Below the pieces are notes generated by a model. It did not search any database, was not told the origin of the DNA, and worked only from the letters and a program-made list of their open reading frames with translations. Shown here in pieces: positions 49,445 through 61,346 of a stretch of 64,000 bases of DNA. Every line of letters begins with the position of its first letter. The stretch's first letter is position 1. The translations under genes and the position numbers were made by a program. The stretch spans positions 692,044,001 to 692,108,000 of the forward strand of contig NC_091282.1 in NCBI RefSeq assembly GCF_032444005.1, in the 5' to 3' direction. This DNA comes from Ranitomeya imitator. Taxonomy: Eukaryota.

Positions 49445-50039
49445 TGTCACGGGTGTGTCAAGTGTGACACACAGTCATCCTAGATCTGGCTGTAGAAGTT
49501 CTTTGCGTTTAGCTCAATCACATTCTTGATTTTGGCATCTCTGTTATGGAGCGATATCCTTTCTCCTTCTAGGACCCAATAGTTACCTTCACCTTCTGCT
49601 GCTAATCACACACCTGGGCTGAAGGTGTAAATACATTCAATTTCTGCAGCATGGTGCAGGTGTTAGCTCATACTTGCCTCAGTCTTGTTGGGGGTTCAAG
49701 CAGTCTTTCCCTGAGGACCTTTGGAGAAATGCTGTTGTGACATCTCGGTTGTCTTCTCAAGCTAAGTGTTTCCCCTCCATCAGTCTTCCCTGTCTGTCTT
49801 TAGTTTTAGTTGGGACTGACTCACGCCTACCCTGTCTTCTCCCTATGTAGGACCTATCACTACGGTTAAGCAGGGATTAGGTTCCTGCTCGGCGATAGGT
49901 GCAGAACCTATATAGGGACGTTTAGGGTAGACAGGGTGATTTTTAGATCTGCCTAGGGGTCTCCACTCTCCCTTCCCTATTATTTGGGCTCCCCTCCCTA
50001 TTCCCGTTGTTGTGCACTTATCCTTCACCCAGCGTGACA
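49445..50039. mobile_element. Solo LTR
   Basis: TGTCACG...CGTGACA with a perfect 5-bp TSD CCTTG (49440-49444 and 50040-50044). Confidence 0.88.
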
Positions 50040-51421
50040 CCTTGTTTGAGTATCCCAGCATACATTGAGATTCTCAAATGAAGTGTCATCAAAAGCAAAA
50101 TGAAAAAAAAAAAAATAGAAAAGTAGTTGGTGTAGTCAGAGAAAGATAGGGATTTTTTTAATGCAAGTTTATTAGAAAATACTGTAGTTTAGACTATGGC
50201 ATTAAATTGATGGGGAATGTGCAGGAAATGATTTTGGCTTTTGGACCACACTTATAAGCATAAGAGAATGAATTAAAAGGATCCAAATTGTAAAGGACAT
50301 AGGAGGTGGTCCTCAATGTTAGCTGAAGGGTAATATTTTTATGTACAGACTGTTTTTTTGGTGCATGACTGCCTCCAACATATTTTTATTGCTCTTCAAA
50401 ATCAAAGTTCAGACCGAAAAAGATCTTGTTCCGCCTTCACAAAATATAATGTGGAGACCCCAGATTTATTGCTGATTGTTTTACTGCCAAATAGCCCTGT
50501 GTTTCCGGCTGACATTTTTAAAGATAGGAAATGGTAGAACAGCAATGAACCACAATACAATTATTTGATGTGTCTTCTGTGAGGCGCTTGCAACTTATTC
50601 CATTTTTTTCTGGATAAAGTACATGAACAGGAACAATGCAAAAATTCATGGTTCTCCTAATTCATAATAAATAAATGCTAATTATTTGGAATACATTTTC
50701 TGCTATATTCTGGAAGAGATATATGACAGTGATACATTCCTTGTACACAGATTGCTTATGATCTGACTGCAATCCCTTGATATGCGTCAGTTTGTGATCA
50801 CTTACAGAAGCAAAGCTTGATTCTCATCCATTTCCTATTTGCCACAATGGCCCAGACAGCTGTTGCTTTGTTACATTAGTTAAACAATGATGTTGATGTT
50901 GTTACAATGCTGCATTATTATTATTTTTTTTTAAAGAAAAAGCAATAATGATTTCCAAAGAGAAGTATTAAAGAGGACCTGTCAGCTCTACTGACATGTC
51001 TGTTTTAGAAAATCATTTTATATCCCATGAAAAAAAACAAACAAATCTGGAACATTTTTTGAGAACTCCACATTGTGCCATTTACTTTGCAAATTGTGTA
51101 AAAATATATTATATTGACTTTTAGGATTATTACTTCCTATGGGTTGCACTAGAGTTCCTGACCTGGTCCTCTCTGATGAGGATATTTGCATATTTACCGT
51201 ATATTATATTGTAGACATTTTTAACTAGGAGGCAGCTATAAAACTAATAATGATCATGTCTGAGTTTAGGTTTGTTCAGTAAATGTAGTTCTCTAATCCG
51301 TTAAAGGTGTCATATATCATTTACTATTGAGAATATATCATGTAATCTTGATGACTGTAGGGTAGATCATCAATGTCACATCGGTGGGCTACACTCCAAC
51401 AACAGCCAGTTGAAAAAAGAG

Positions 51422-51835
51422 TTTATTATTATTTATTATTATTATTTATTTATATAGTATCATTGATTCCATGGTGGTATACATGAGAAGGGGTTACATA
51501 CAAGTTACAGATACTGCTTACAGTAAGCAAACTAACAATTACAGACTGATGGTGGGGATGGAGACAATAGGTTGAGGGTTGCAGGAGCTCCGGTGTTGGT
51601 GAGGCAGTAGCTTCGGTAGTGGTGAGGAGGCAGCAGGGTCAGTCCAGGCTGTAGGCTTTCCTGAAGAGGTGGGTTTTCAGGTTCCATCTGGAGGATCCGA
51701 ATGTGGTTGATAGTCGGACGTGTTGGGGCAAAGGATTCCAGAGGATGGGGGATATTCGGGAGAAGTCTTGGAGGCGGTTGGGTGAGGAGCGAATAAGTGT
51801 GGAGGAGAGAAGGAGGTCTTGGGAGGACCGGAGTT
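51422..51835 (-). mobile_element. L2-like 3' fragment
   Basis: (TTA)-rich tail at the left and purine-rich antisense ORF2-end sequence resembling the other L2 copies. Confidence 0.6.
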
Positions 51836-52238
51836 TAATAGCACAGCTCCATTTAGTGCATAGCAGCAGCTGCCAGGTACTGCAGATCAGCTCCTACTTC
51901 AGCTCCTATTCTCTTATCTGCAGTGTTTGGCAGATACATGTTGAATGGAGTAGTTTCATTCAATGTTCATATTCCCCTGCGGTCGGAGCTAATATCAGTT
52001 GCCAAATGTCAAGGACAAGCCTTTTTAATGTGCCTGGACAAGCCTTTTAAGTTTCTTTTCTAGGCTGGGATTTTTATAGATTAGTAGTAAGGTTGGTAGT
52101 GGGGTAACCTCTTTCCCTTCTGTATTCTAATGTGAAGCTACTGAACTCATAGTAGACTTTATTGAGTCTGCAGTTAGATCAGACAATCAAAACGTGGAGA
52201 AGATACTGAGCCTGCTGTTGGAAAGCTGACCCACTTAA

Positions 52239-52815
52239 AGGGAATCTGTCACCCCAAAAATGGCCTATAAACTAAGGCCACCGGCATCAGGGGCTTATCT
52301 GCAGCATTCTGTAATGTTGTAGATAAGCCCTCGATGTATCCTGAAAGATAAGGAAAACAGGTTATGTTATACTCACCCAGCGGCGGTCCCGATGCAGTCT
52401 GGTCTGATGGGCGTCGCGGTCCAGGTCCGGCGCCTCCCATCTTCATACGATTACGTCCTCTTCTTGTCTTCTTGCTGCGGCTCCTGCGCAGGTGTACTTT
52501 GTCTGCCCTATTGAGGGCAGAGCAAAGTACTGCAGTGCGCAGGTGCCGGGCCTCTCTCACCTTTCCTGACACCTGCGTTACTGCAGTACTTTGCTCTGCC
52601 CTCAACAGGGCAGACAAAGTACGCCTGCGCAGGAGCTGCGGCAAGAAGACAAGAAGAGGACTACATCGTATGAAGATAGGATGTGCTGGACCCGGACAGC
52701 GATGCCCATTGGACCGAACAGCAGCCGGACCGCCCCTGGGTTGGTATAATATATCCTGTTTTTCTTATATTTCAAGATACATCGGGGGCTTATCTACAGC
52801 ATTACAGAATGCTGT
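52239..52815. mobile_element. TTAA-target fold-back MITE, right end missing
   Basis: TTAA|AGGGAATCTGTCA start; long internal palindrome centred near 52555. Confidence 0.75.
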
Positions 52816-53253
52816 AATGCAATTAATTGATTAAAGATGCACTGCTATTTATAATTTTTTTATTAAATGTGTATATCTACATGCAATGTAATGTGAGTTT
52901 ATTAATATGCTCACCTACCGCTGCTCTCTCCGAGGTTCAGTGCTGCTCTGCTTTGCTTCTATGTATTGTGACTGCAATTGTGACTATCCAGCTCACTCTA
53001 TACGTGAGTTGGAAGTGTCTTTTACAATGGAAGAATACTGAGCCTTGTTTTGAGCCTCGTTCTGATGCTCCATAGACTTTCATTGTAAAAGTCGCAGAGT
53101 CTGTAGAGCTGTGACGTGACTGAAAGGACATGCAGAACAACGCTGGACACTGGAGAGAGCAGTGGAAAGTGAGTATATTAATATATGTACACTATAATAC
53201 ATGCACATATACATACATTTAATTAAAAAATCCAGCTGGGAGTGCTTCTTTAA

Positions 53254-54625
53254 CCCCTTTCCAACGTTTGGTGTAATAGTACACCCACGTCAGACTCCCC
53301 CATTTAGTGCTGGCTCCGACGCTGAGCCCACACCTTTCCGGGCACATGTCAGCTGATCTATACATGTGCCCGCAACAGCCGCAGGTGGAATTGCGATCCA
53401 CCTGCGGCTGTTAACTAGTTAAATGCCACTGTCAATCTTTGACAGCGGTTTTTAACTTGCATGTCACAGCACAGCAGTCGGGTGACCTGGGACCAGGGGC
53501 TCCTTGCTTGTCCTTAACACTGGAGGGCACCCTAGCTCGCCCTGCTCCCTGGGATACTTCAGATGACAAAGATGCTGGGGCCTCCGCCCTTGCCTTATCT
53601 CCTGAGTTAGCCCTCCGTCTGTTCTCTTTTCCTCACCCAGGGAAGAGGGACACTACTGTGCACCGTAGTACACCAACAAAACAAGACAACACAAACATTC
53701 ACTCACATATAACAGAGGAATGCATCGGGAAGTGGAGGTAGGGTAATAAACCAAAACAGAGAAGGATAAAGAATTACCACATGTGCAACCCAAGCAACAA
53801 TCATTAATAACGCCTTCAAGTCTCCTCATACGAACTCCTCTCCCTTCGTTAGCCATGCAGCAATAAAGCTAGCTCTGACAAGGATTAGCATCAGAGTCCA
53901 GATTATAAGGGAAAACTACTGTAACTGAGCTCAGCTGGGAGCACAGGAATTTCCAACATGGCCGATTAACCCCTGTTCTGCCAGAAGAAATAAACACATT
54001 TAAAATGAAGGAGAAGTGCCTCTTCTAATCGCCGGAGTAGAAGCAATCAGATGCTGCCATCTTCAGGCTCCACACTGTCGTGGTAGCCCCGTGACATAGC
54101 GCTTACCAGAAGCGTGTCATACACCCACGCATCAAAGACACCGTCACATGATCATAGATCACTGATGGGTCAGCATAGCAACCAGTGGTCTGAAGTCGAA
54201 CTCTATGTTTGTCATTGCCAGATTGCTATGAGCACATATGGCACAATTAATTTTTTTTTATAAATTTTGGATTTTTTTTCACCACTTAAATAAAAAAGAA
54301 CCTAGACATGTTTGGTGCATGTGAACTCGTAATGACCTGGCGCATCATAATGGCAGGTCAGTTTTAGCGTTTAGTGAACATGGTTAAAAAAAATGTGGAT
54401 TTGCACATTTTTGCAGTTTCACCACACTTGGAATTTTTTCCCCATTTTTTTTAAGTACAAGATATGTTAAAACCAATGGCGTCGTTCAAAAGTACAACTT
54501 GTCCTGCAAAAAAAAAGCCCTTACATGGTCATATTGACCAAAAAATAAAAATGTTATGGCTCTGGGAAGAAAGGGAACAAAAAGGCAAAAACGCAAAAAG
54601 TTAAATACCCCTGGTCGTTAACGTG
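53254..54625. mobile_element. Non-autonomous piggyBac-like element, older relative of 30961-32825
   Basis: TTAA on both sides; CCCCTTT start; body homologous to 30961-32825. Confidence 0.75.
53462..54096. mobile_element. Solo LTR nested in the piggyBac-like element
   Basis: TGTCAC...GTGACA termini; host sequence resumes after it; TSD degenerate (TTGCA / TAGCG). Confidence 0.65.
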
Positions 54626-54934
54626 TTAAGTAGAGGTTGCCCAGTAGTGAACAACCCCTTTAAAAGTACTAGTGAAGTGAGTTACATTGATTTTCGAATT
54701 ACAATGGCATCAGTTAGATACATTAGCAAGTAAACTGTTGGTTTCCAAAATTGACGTGCTGGAAAGCAGAAAAGCCTGGCAAGCGTAAAGATCTTACGTA
54801 TAATTTAGTTAGTGCATTTCCAATAACAGGTCTTGTGGGATGTTTTTAGTATTCACAGGTTACCACCTACCAAACGTGGTCCATATATACACAACCAGTG
54901 ACAGGATCATGAGTGGCCAAGATTTATACATAGG

Positions 54935-56632
54935 CAGGGCCGGACTGGGACTAAAATTCAGCCCTGGCATTTGAAGTTACACAGGCCCACTTGTCACATG
55001 GTGACTGTATAATATCTTTGTACACTTGTAGGCAGGGCCGCTTTTAGGTAAAGTGGGGCCCTAGGCAAAGTTTATAATGGGGCCCAAAATGCTAACATAC
55101 TGCACATCACACAAAAGCATTTCGGTTGTATTTACATGCGCTGATCTTATACCATACCGCTAAATGAGTTTGATCAATAATACTGAAGTTGTTCAACACT
55201 TGTTTCCCGGCCTCTTTCCACGAGCTGAGGAATAATGATGGGACAGAACCATCACTAATAGATCACTAACAGATCACCGTACAGTATCATGTTATCAGCA
55301 GCACATCTACAGTTTACACCGGCGATGTGCTGCTGAGAACAATGATTTTTGTTCTAGCAAAAACAATCTGAATATGCAGCATTTTACTTGTTTAGTAAAA
55401 TACACCCCATAGTCCTCCATATATTATAATGTGCACCATAGTCCTCCATATAGTATAATACACTCCTCATAGTGCTATAGTATAATGCACCGCCATAGTC
55501 ATCCATGTAGTACAATTCACTTCCCATAGTATAATGCACTCCATAGTTTCATATAGTATAACGTATTCCCCATAGTCCTCAATACAGTATAATGCAGCCC
55601 ACATATAGTATAATGCAGCCACCACCCCACAGAGTATAATGCAGCCACCCCACAGAGTATAACGTAACCCCCCATAGAAAATAATGCAGCCCCCCTCATA
55701 GTTTAATGCAGCCCCCTCAGAGTATGATGCAATCACCCCTCATAGAATATAAATATAATACAGCCTCCCATAGAATATAATGCAGTCCCGAATAGAATAT
55801 AATACAGCCCACCTCCCCATAGAATATATACTACGTATACTACGTGGGCTGTTTGTGCTGTATACTACTACGTGGGCTGTGTGTGCTGTATAATACATTA
55901 CACACAGCCCACGTAGTAGTATACAGCACACACAGCCCACGTAGTAGTACACAGCCCACACAGTAGTATACAGCACACACAGCCCACGTAGTAGTATACA
56001 GCCCACACAGTAGTATACAGCCCACACAGTAGTATACAGCCCACACAGCCCACGTGGTAGTATACAGCCCACGTAGCAGTATACAGCACACACAGCCCAC
56101 GTAGTAGTATACAGCACAGCCCCCCCGAGAATGGCCCCACAGTCCAGTTAAAAAAAAAAAACACACTCCTCACGCCCGCGTTGCTCCCTGCTCCAGTCTC
56201 CAGTTGCCGCTTCACTGCACGGCACACAGCAGGTGCGCGATGATATGACATCATCGCACACCCTCAGTGTCAGTGCGAGGCAGAGTGGGGAATGATGGGA
56301 GAGGGAGCATCGTCAGACGCTCTCTCCTCCATCATTGCATTCAACTGTACTGGCGTCATAGACGTCGATATAGTTGAATGCAGGGGGGGGGGGGGCGAGT
56401 CGGCGCTGGCGCCGCTGACAACGGCACAGTGTGCAGCGGCCCACTACTAAATAAGTAAGAAACCCAGCACTCATTTGAGTGCTGGGTTTCTTACTTATTT
56501 AGTATTACGGTTTGGGAACCTACCCATGCACCACTGTAGGTTGTGCACACGTTGATTTGTCATTAGCGGCCCACTACTGGCACCGGCCCTTCTGGCATTT
56601 GCCAGAACTGCCCGATGGCCAGTCCGGCCCTG
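54935..56632 (-). mobile_element. Second, inverted copy of the non-autonomous hAT family at 2430-5826
   Basis: Perfect TIR CAGGGCCGGACTGG; 8-bp TSD TACATAGG (54927-54934 and 56633-56640); body homologous to copy 1. Confidence 0.92.
56449..56564 (+). mobile_element. 116-bp Penelope-like micro-insertion with a perfect 29-bp hairpin
   Basis: 14-bp TSD AGCGGCCCACTACT (56435-56448 and 56565-56578); palindrome arms 56445-56473 and 56476-56504. Confidence 0.7.
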
Positions 56633-56699
56633 TACATAGGCATAGAAATCATAGAAATCAAAGGCTAGCTCATATAATCTGATACAACAGAAGAACTAC

Positions 56700-57600
56700 T
56701 GTAGCACAAATTGCTGCAAAAATGTAAAGTATGCTATGTTAGAAAACCTTATATAAAATAACGTAGCGGCGCTGGTGCAGATGGACGTGAGAAGCTGCGG
56801 GTAATATTCCGTACCACACGCCGGAATAAGTAATACTAAAGTGATATATACAATACAATATATGTTACCTGCGCTATCTGCTAGAATACATAAATCAAAC
56901 AATCACACTGTGTGTTTACCTGTTAGGAGGGGAACGTATTCAAATTGCTCGATGGGAGGTATGTTTGCTACTTGGACCAGAATAAATGATATTAGCAGCT
57001 ATGATTAAAAGAGAGAGAAAGAAATGGTCTTAATTAATGCTTTCCTTTTAAAATAGTCAGGATACTGTATTGACACTCGGTTATATTACAAGGAGTGCCT
57101 AAGTGCCCCTAGTTAAAAAAGACTCTAAAATGTATAAAAAAGTGAATAATACCACACTGCTGTGGTTAATCTCGGCTAATGAAACACCCGTGATGTACCC
57201 AAAACAAGGTCCAGTATAATATCCACAGGTAAGTATATAGAGATACGAAAGTTCTGACTGCACATGCAGTCTAAAGTACCTGTAATATGGATAGATGCCT
57301 TAACGATTGTCCATATTAAAGTTAATATTGCGGGTTACTTAGCTTTCTATGCAGGAGTTGCAGATATCTTCACGGCTGCTTATGTGAGCGCTGCCCCGGC
57401 CGGTGACAAGCGCTCGCGCGGCCTTTGCTTGAATTCCTTATTGCGGTGCTGTGTAGGACCTGCGGTGACGTTCGGGTCACGTGATCATGAGTCACGTGAT
57501 ACCCCTGAAGATACTACGGATCGCAGTGGGAGCCAAAAAACCAACGCGTTTCGGAATGACGCGGATTCCTTCATCAGGGAATCGTTCCCAGTAATGCCTT
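56700..57600 (-). mobile_element. Probable Penelope-like pLTR remnant
   Basis: Hammerhead motif at 57543-57577; TGCACCA motif near 56775 on the minus strand; boundaries uncertain. Confidence 0.45.
57543..57577 (-). ncRNA. Minimal hammerhead ribozyme motif
   Basis: Minus strand CTGATGA-A-GGAAT(CCGCGTC)ATTCC-GAAA-CGCG-TT; palindromic stem III. Confidence 0.68.
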
Positions 57601-58210
57601 GTGGCAATAACTCGTGATCATGTAGTGGTCTCGTGAGACCGCTACGTCATCATCTTCCGAGACCGCTACGTGATCTCGAGTCATTGCCGCAATGCATTCT
57701 TGGGACCGGAGCGTCGCGAGGAGCGGGAAAGGGTGCTGCGGATGCTGGAAGGTGAGAATATAATGTTTTTTTATTATTATTATTAACATTATATATTTAC
57801 TATTGATGCTGCATAGGCAGCATTAATAGTAAAAAGTGAAGCGGTGTTTAAATCCCGCCCCAATATCGCTGATTGGTTGCGGCCATTACGGAAGTTACAG
57901 TCAAACAGGAGGAAGTACCCCTTAGACAATTATATATATAAATTAAGTAAATTCATTTTAGTTTACTCAATTCTCGTGTGAGCATTTCTTATTTATCACA
58001 ATCCTTTTGAATCCGTTACAAAACAATGGTTCACCTCTTTTTTGGTTCTTGTGGATATTTGCTAAATTGAACTCCCCCATTATATGCTGTCATTTTGTCG
58101 GGTTATGCTAGAAAGGTGTCAGAACACCGTGTATCACCATTTTCTCTATATGGGGCTTTGTAGCTAAAGACAATCACATGCCCATGCTCACTCCTGTTCT
58201 CCACAACACA

Positions 58211-58315
58211 TGCCTACTATGCGCATGACATGTGCCTATGATGCGCACGACACGTGCCTACGATACGCACGACACGTGCCTACGATGCGCACGACACGTG
58301 CCTATGATGCGCACG
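58211..58315. repeat. 22-bp CpG-rich minisatellite (~5 copies)
   Basis: Unit GTGCCTACGATGCGCACGACAC. Confidence 0.85.
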
Positions 58316-58317
58316 TG

Positions 58318-60420
58318 AACATATTCCACAGCGCTTTATATTATAGAGAGGGCTTCTACAGACGATAAAAGACATTACAGAATAACAATAATCACATAGA
58401 TCAACAGATACCAAGAGGAATGAGGGCCCTGCTCGCCAGCTTACAATCTATGAGAAAATAGGGGAGATAGGAAAGGTGGATGGTAACAATTGCTTTCATT
58501 CTAAGGTCCAGCCATCAATATAATAAATAGGGTGCACACGTAATGCTGCATGAAGCAGTCACCAACCAGTATACAGACACAGAAGGCTATTAAGTACATG
58601 TAGGGTATGTGAACAGATGATGCGAGAGTCCTGGTTTTGAGGAAAATTTGGCATGGGTAAAACAGGAATAGTTAGAAAAGTATGTTGAGGTGATAGGGCA
58701 CACTTATAATTGTGACTATTGGGGATTAATCAAAGTATACTGAGTAGTGCATTCCAAAGAATTGGTGCAGCATGCAAGAAGTCTTGGAGATGGGAGTAGG
58801 CGGTTTGGATTGTTAAGGATGTTAATCTTGGGTCATTAGCAGAACAGAGATCACAGATAGGGTGGTAGACTGAGACAAAGGAGGAGATATAGGGTGGTGC
58901 TGAAGTGTGGAGAGCTTTTGTGAGTCAGAATGAAGAGTTTGTATTGAACTCTATAGGGGATGGGTAACCAGTGTAGTGACTGCAACAGAGTAGAGGCTTC
59001 AGTGTAGTGGTTAGTGTGGAATATGATCCTGACTGCTGCATTCAGGATGGATTGGAGAGAGGAGAGTTTAGTAAGAAGGAAACCGATTAGTAGAGTTGCA
59101 AGAGTTCAGACGAGAATGAATAAGAGCTAAAGTAAGAGTTTTTTCAGAGTAAAAAGGTAAGAAAAGCTCTAATTCTAGAGATGTTTTTGAGGTGTAGGTG
59201 TAGGTGACATGAGCGGGAAAGTGATCGGATCTGGGGAGTAAAGGGAAGATTTGAATGAAGTATGTCTCCAAGACAGCGGGCGTGTTGCTGGGGAGTAATG
59301 GTGGAACCACACACGGAAATAGCAATATCAGGCACAGATAGGTTAGTGAAGGGAGGAAACACAAGAAGTTTAGTTTTTGACAGAATCAGTTTTTGATAGA
59401 GTGAGTGCATAATGTTAGAGACAGGGGAAAGACAAATCACTGGTAATTTGTAGTAATCAAGGGGTAATGTCAGGAGATTATAATGGTATGAGTGTATAAT
59501 TGGGTGTCATCACCATAAAAGTGGGTACTATAAACAAAATCTTCAAATTATTTGTCTAATAGGGGCAATATATAAGGGGGTTTGAGGACCCCCAAAGTAA
59601 GGAGAAAGGAGAGGAAGAGGAGCCAGCAAAAGATACCATGAGATAAGAGGAGAACAATGAGAGAACAGTGTCCTTGAGGCCCATAGAGCGGAGCATAGTG
59701 AGGAGGAGCTGGTGATCCACAGTGTCAAATGATGCAGAGAGATCCAGGAGAATCAACATGGAGTAGTGACCGTTAGATTTAGTTTTTAGTAGATGATTAA
59801 AGACTTTAGTAAGGGCAGTTTCAGTAGAGTGTAAAGAGTGGAAACCGATTTGAGTCAAGAAGAGAGTTTTCTGAGAGATAGCGGAATAGATGAGTGGATC
59901 AAGAGTTCCAGAAGGTTACAGATGAAGGGAAGATTAGAGCCAAGTCTGTAGTTAGCAGCACAGTTTTAGTAGAGGGATTGTTTTTTTAAGTAATGGATGT
60001 ATGGTGGCATGTTTAGAGGAGGAGGGAAAGAAGCTAGATGAGAGAAAGTGGTTGAATATTTTAGTTAGGTGAGTGATGACAGCCGGGAAAATGGACTGGA
60101 GGAGATGTGAGGGAATAGGGTCCCAATTTTTTCTTGGAAATAATCGGCCAGATCATCAGCACTTAGGTCAGTGGTCAAGGCCCTGTACTCTTGGATTGAG
60201 GAGGGAATGAAAAGTGTCAAAGAGATGTCTAGGATTGTTGGATAGCGAGGTAATGAGTGTGTTAAAATAGGTTTATTTGAAGAGGTGATGGGCAGAGTTG
60301 CATGTTTTAAGCATAAACTTATAATGGATGAAATCTTCTGCCAGATTGGATTTTCTCCACAGACGTTCGGCGCACCTGGAACACAGCTGGAGAAAGTGTT
60401 TGCAGCATGTGCCAGGGTTG
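58318..60420 (-). mobile_element. Degraded L2 LINE
   Basis: Homologous to 27887-29638 with frameshifts; [45 protein letters not shown] motifs. Confidence 0.85.
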
Positions 60421-60587
60421 TCACCATGACAATGGGAATTAAAGCACTCAGGCACGATTTCTCCACATAAAAAGTCTTATCTGGTTTATTAAACATCATA
60501 AACCGTGTCACAAACAGTTCATTATATACATCAATGGAACACATTAACCACCGACAGTCTGTTCCAATGGCAGATATGTCTCTGCCC

Positions 60588-61304
60588 ATAACCCCCTTTA
60601 TCTGGAGTTACTTTATAGGAACTCCTGCTCCACACACTGATTCCTGTCAGTGCTGGTTCCCAGGGTAAAGCTGCCTCACTGGGTCACCGTCTTTTGTGAC
60701 CAGGGTACCTCAGATAGTCCAGACCCGCAGTAGGAACTGTAAATTCCCCAAAACAGTAACCATCCCAGGCTCTGCAGATACAGCCTCTCTGTGTGCTATT
60801 CAGGAAGTCCAGTCCCAGACACTTCCAACACACAGGCCTTCTGTCCATGGTCTCACCAGGTGCTTCCAGGAATCCAGTCCATCCCAGGACATTCCAACAC
60901 ACTGACCATTCAGTCCATAGCCTCAGCAGGTGCTTCCAGGAATCCAGTTCATCCCAGGACATTCCAACACACAGGCTATACAGGAACTCACACTCTGAAC
61001 CATGTGACCAAACCCTGGTCACATTATATAGCTTTAACCACCCCCATAGGTAGGTGGTGTGTGTGGTTAGCCAGTCCCACCCAGCTCGACAGCTAACCCA
61101 ATAAGCCCCCTCTTATAAGTAAATACAACAAACACTTGTAGAACTATAAGTCCCAGCATAAACATATAATTTTGGGCTTACAGCGCAGAGAACCTCTGCG
61201 ATACATACCGGCCATTCACAATAATGCCAGTCCCTAATTCACCATCATAATTATGTCTCCAAGCGCATCCTGAAGCGCACACACAGTGCCCCCTGGTTGT
61301 AACA
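60588..61304. mobile_element. LTR-like remnant with internal ~37-bp tandem repeats
   Basis: Ends GTTGTAACA; CCAGGAATCCAGTCCATCCCAGGACATTCCAACAC-like units at about 60800-60970. Confidence 0.35.
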
Positions 61305-61346
61305 TGGGTCACTGCACCAATATATATATATATGTATGTATATATA

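Noticed and set aside
55467-56254. Cys/Tyr/Val-rich minus-strand ORFs
   Set aside because: They are minisatellite translations in the second hAT copy.
60285-60589. Protein-like frames on both strands
   Set aside because: Most of the region is frameshifted L2 ORF2 (RCAERLWRKS..FMLKT..NNP) and its antisense.
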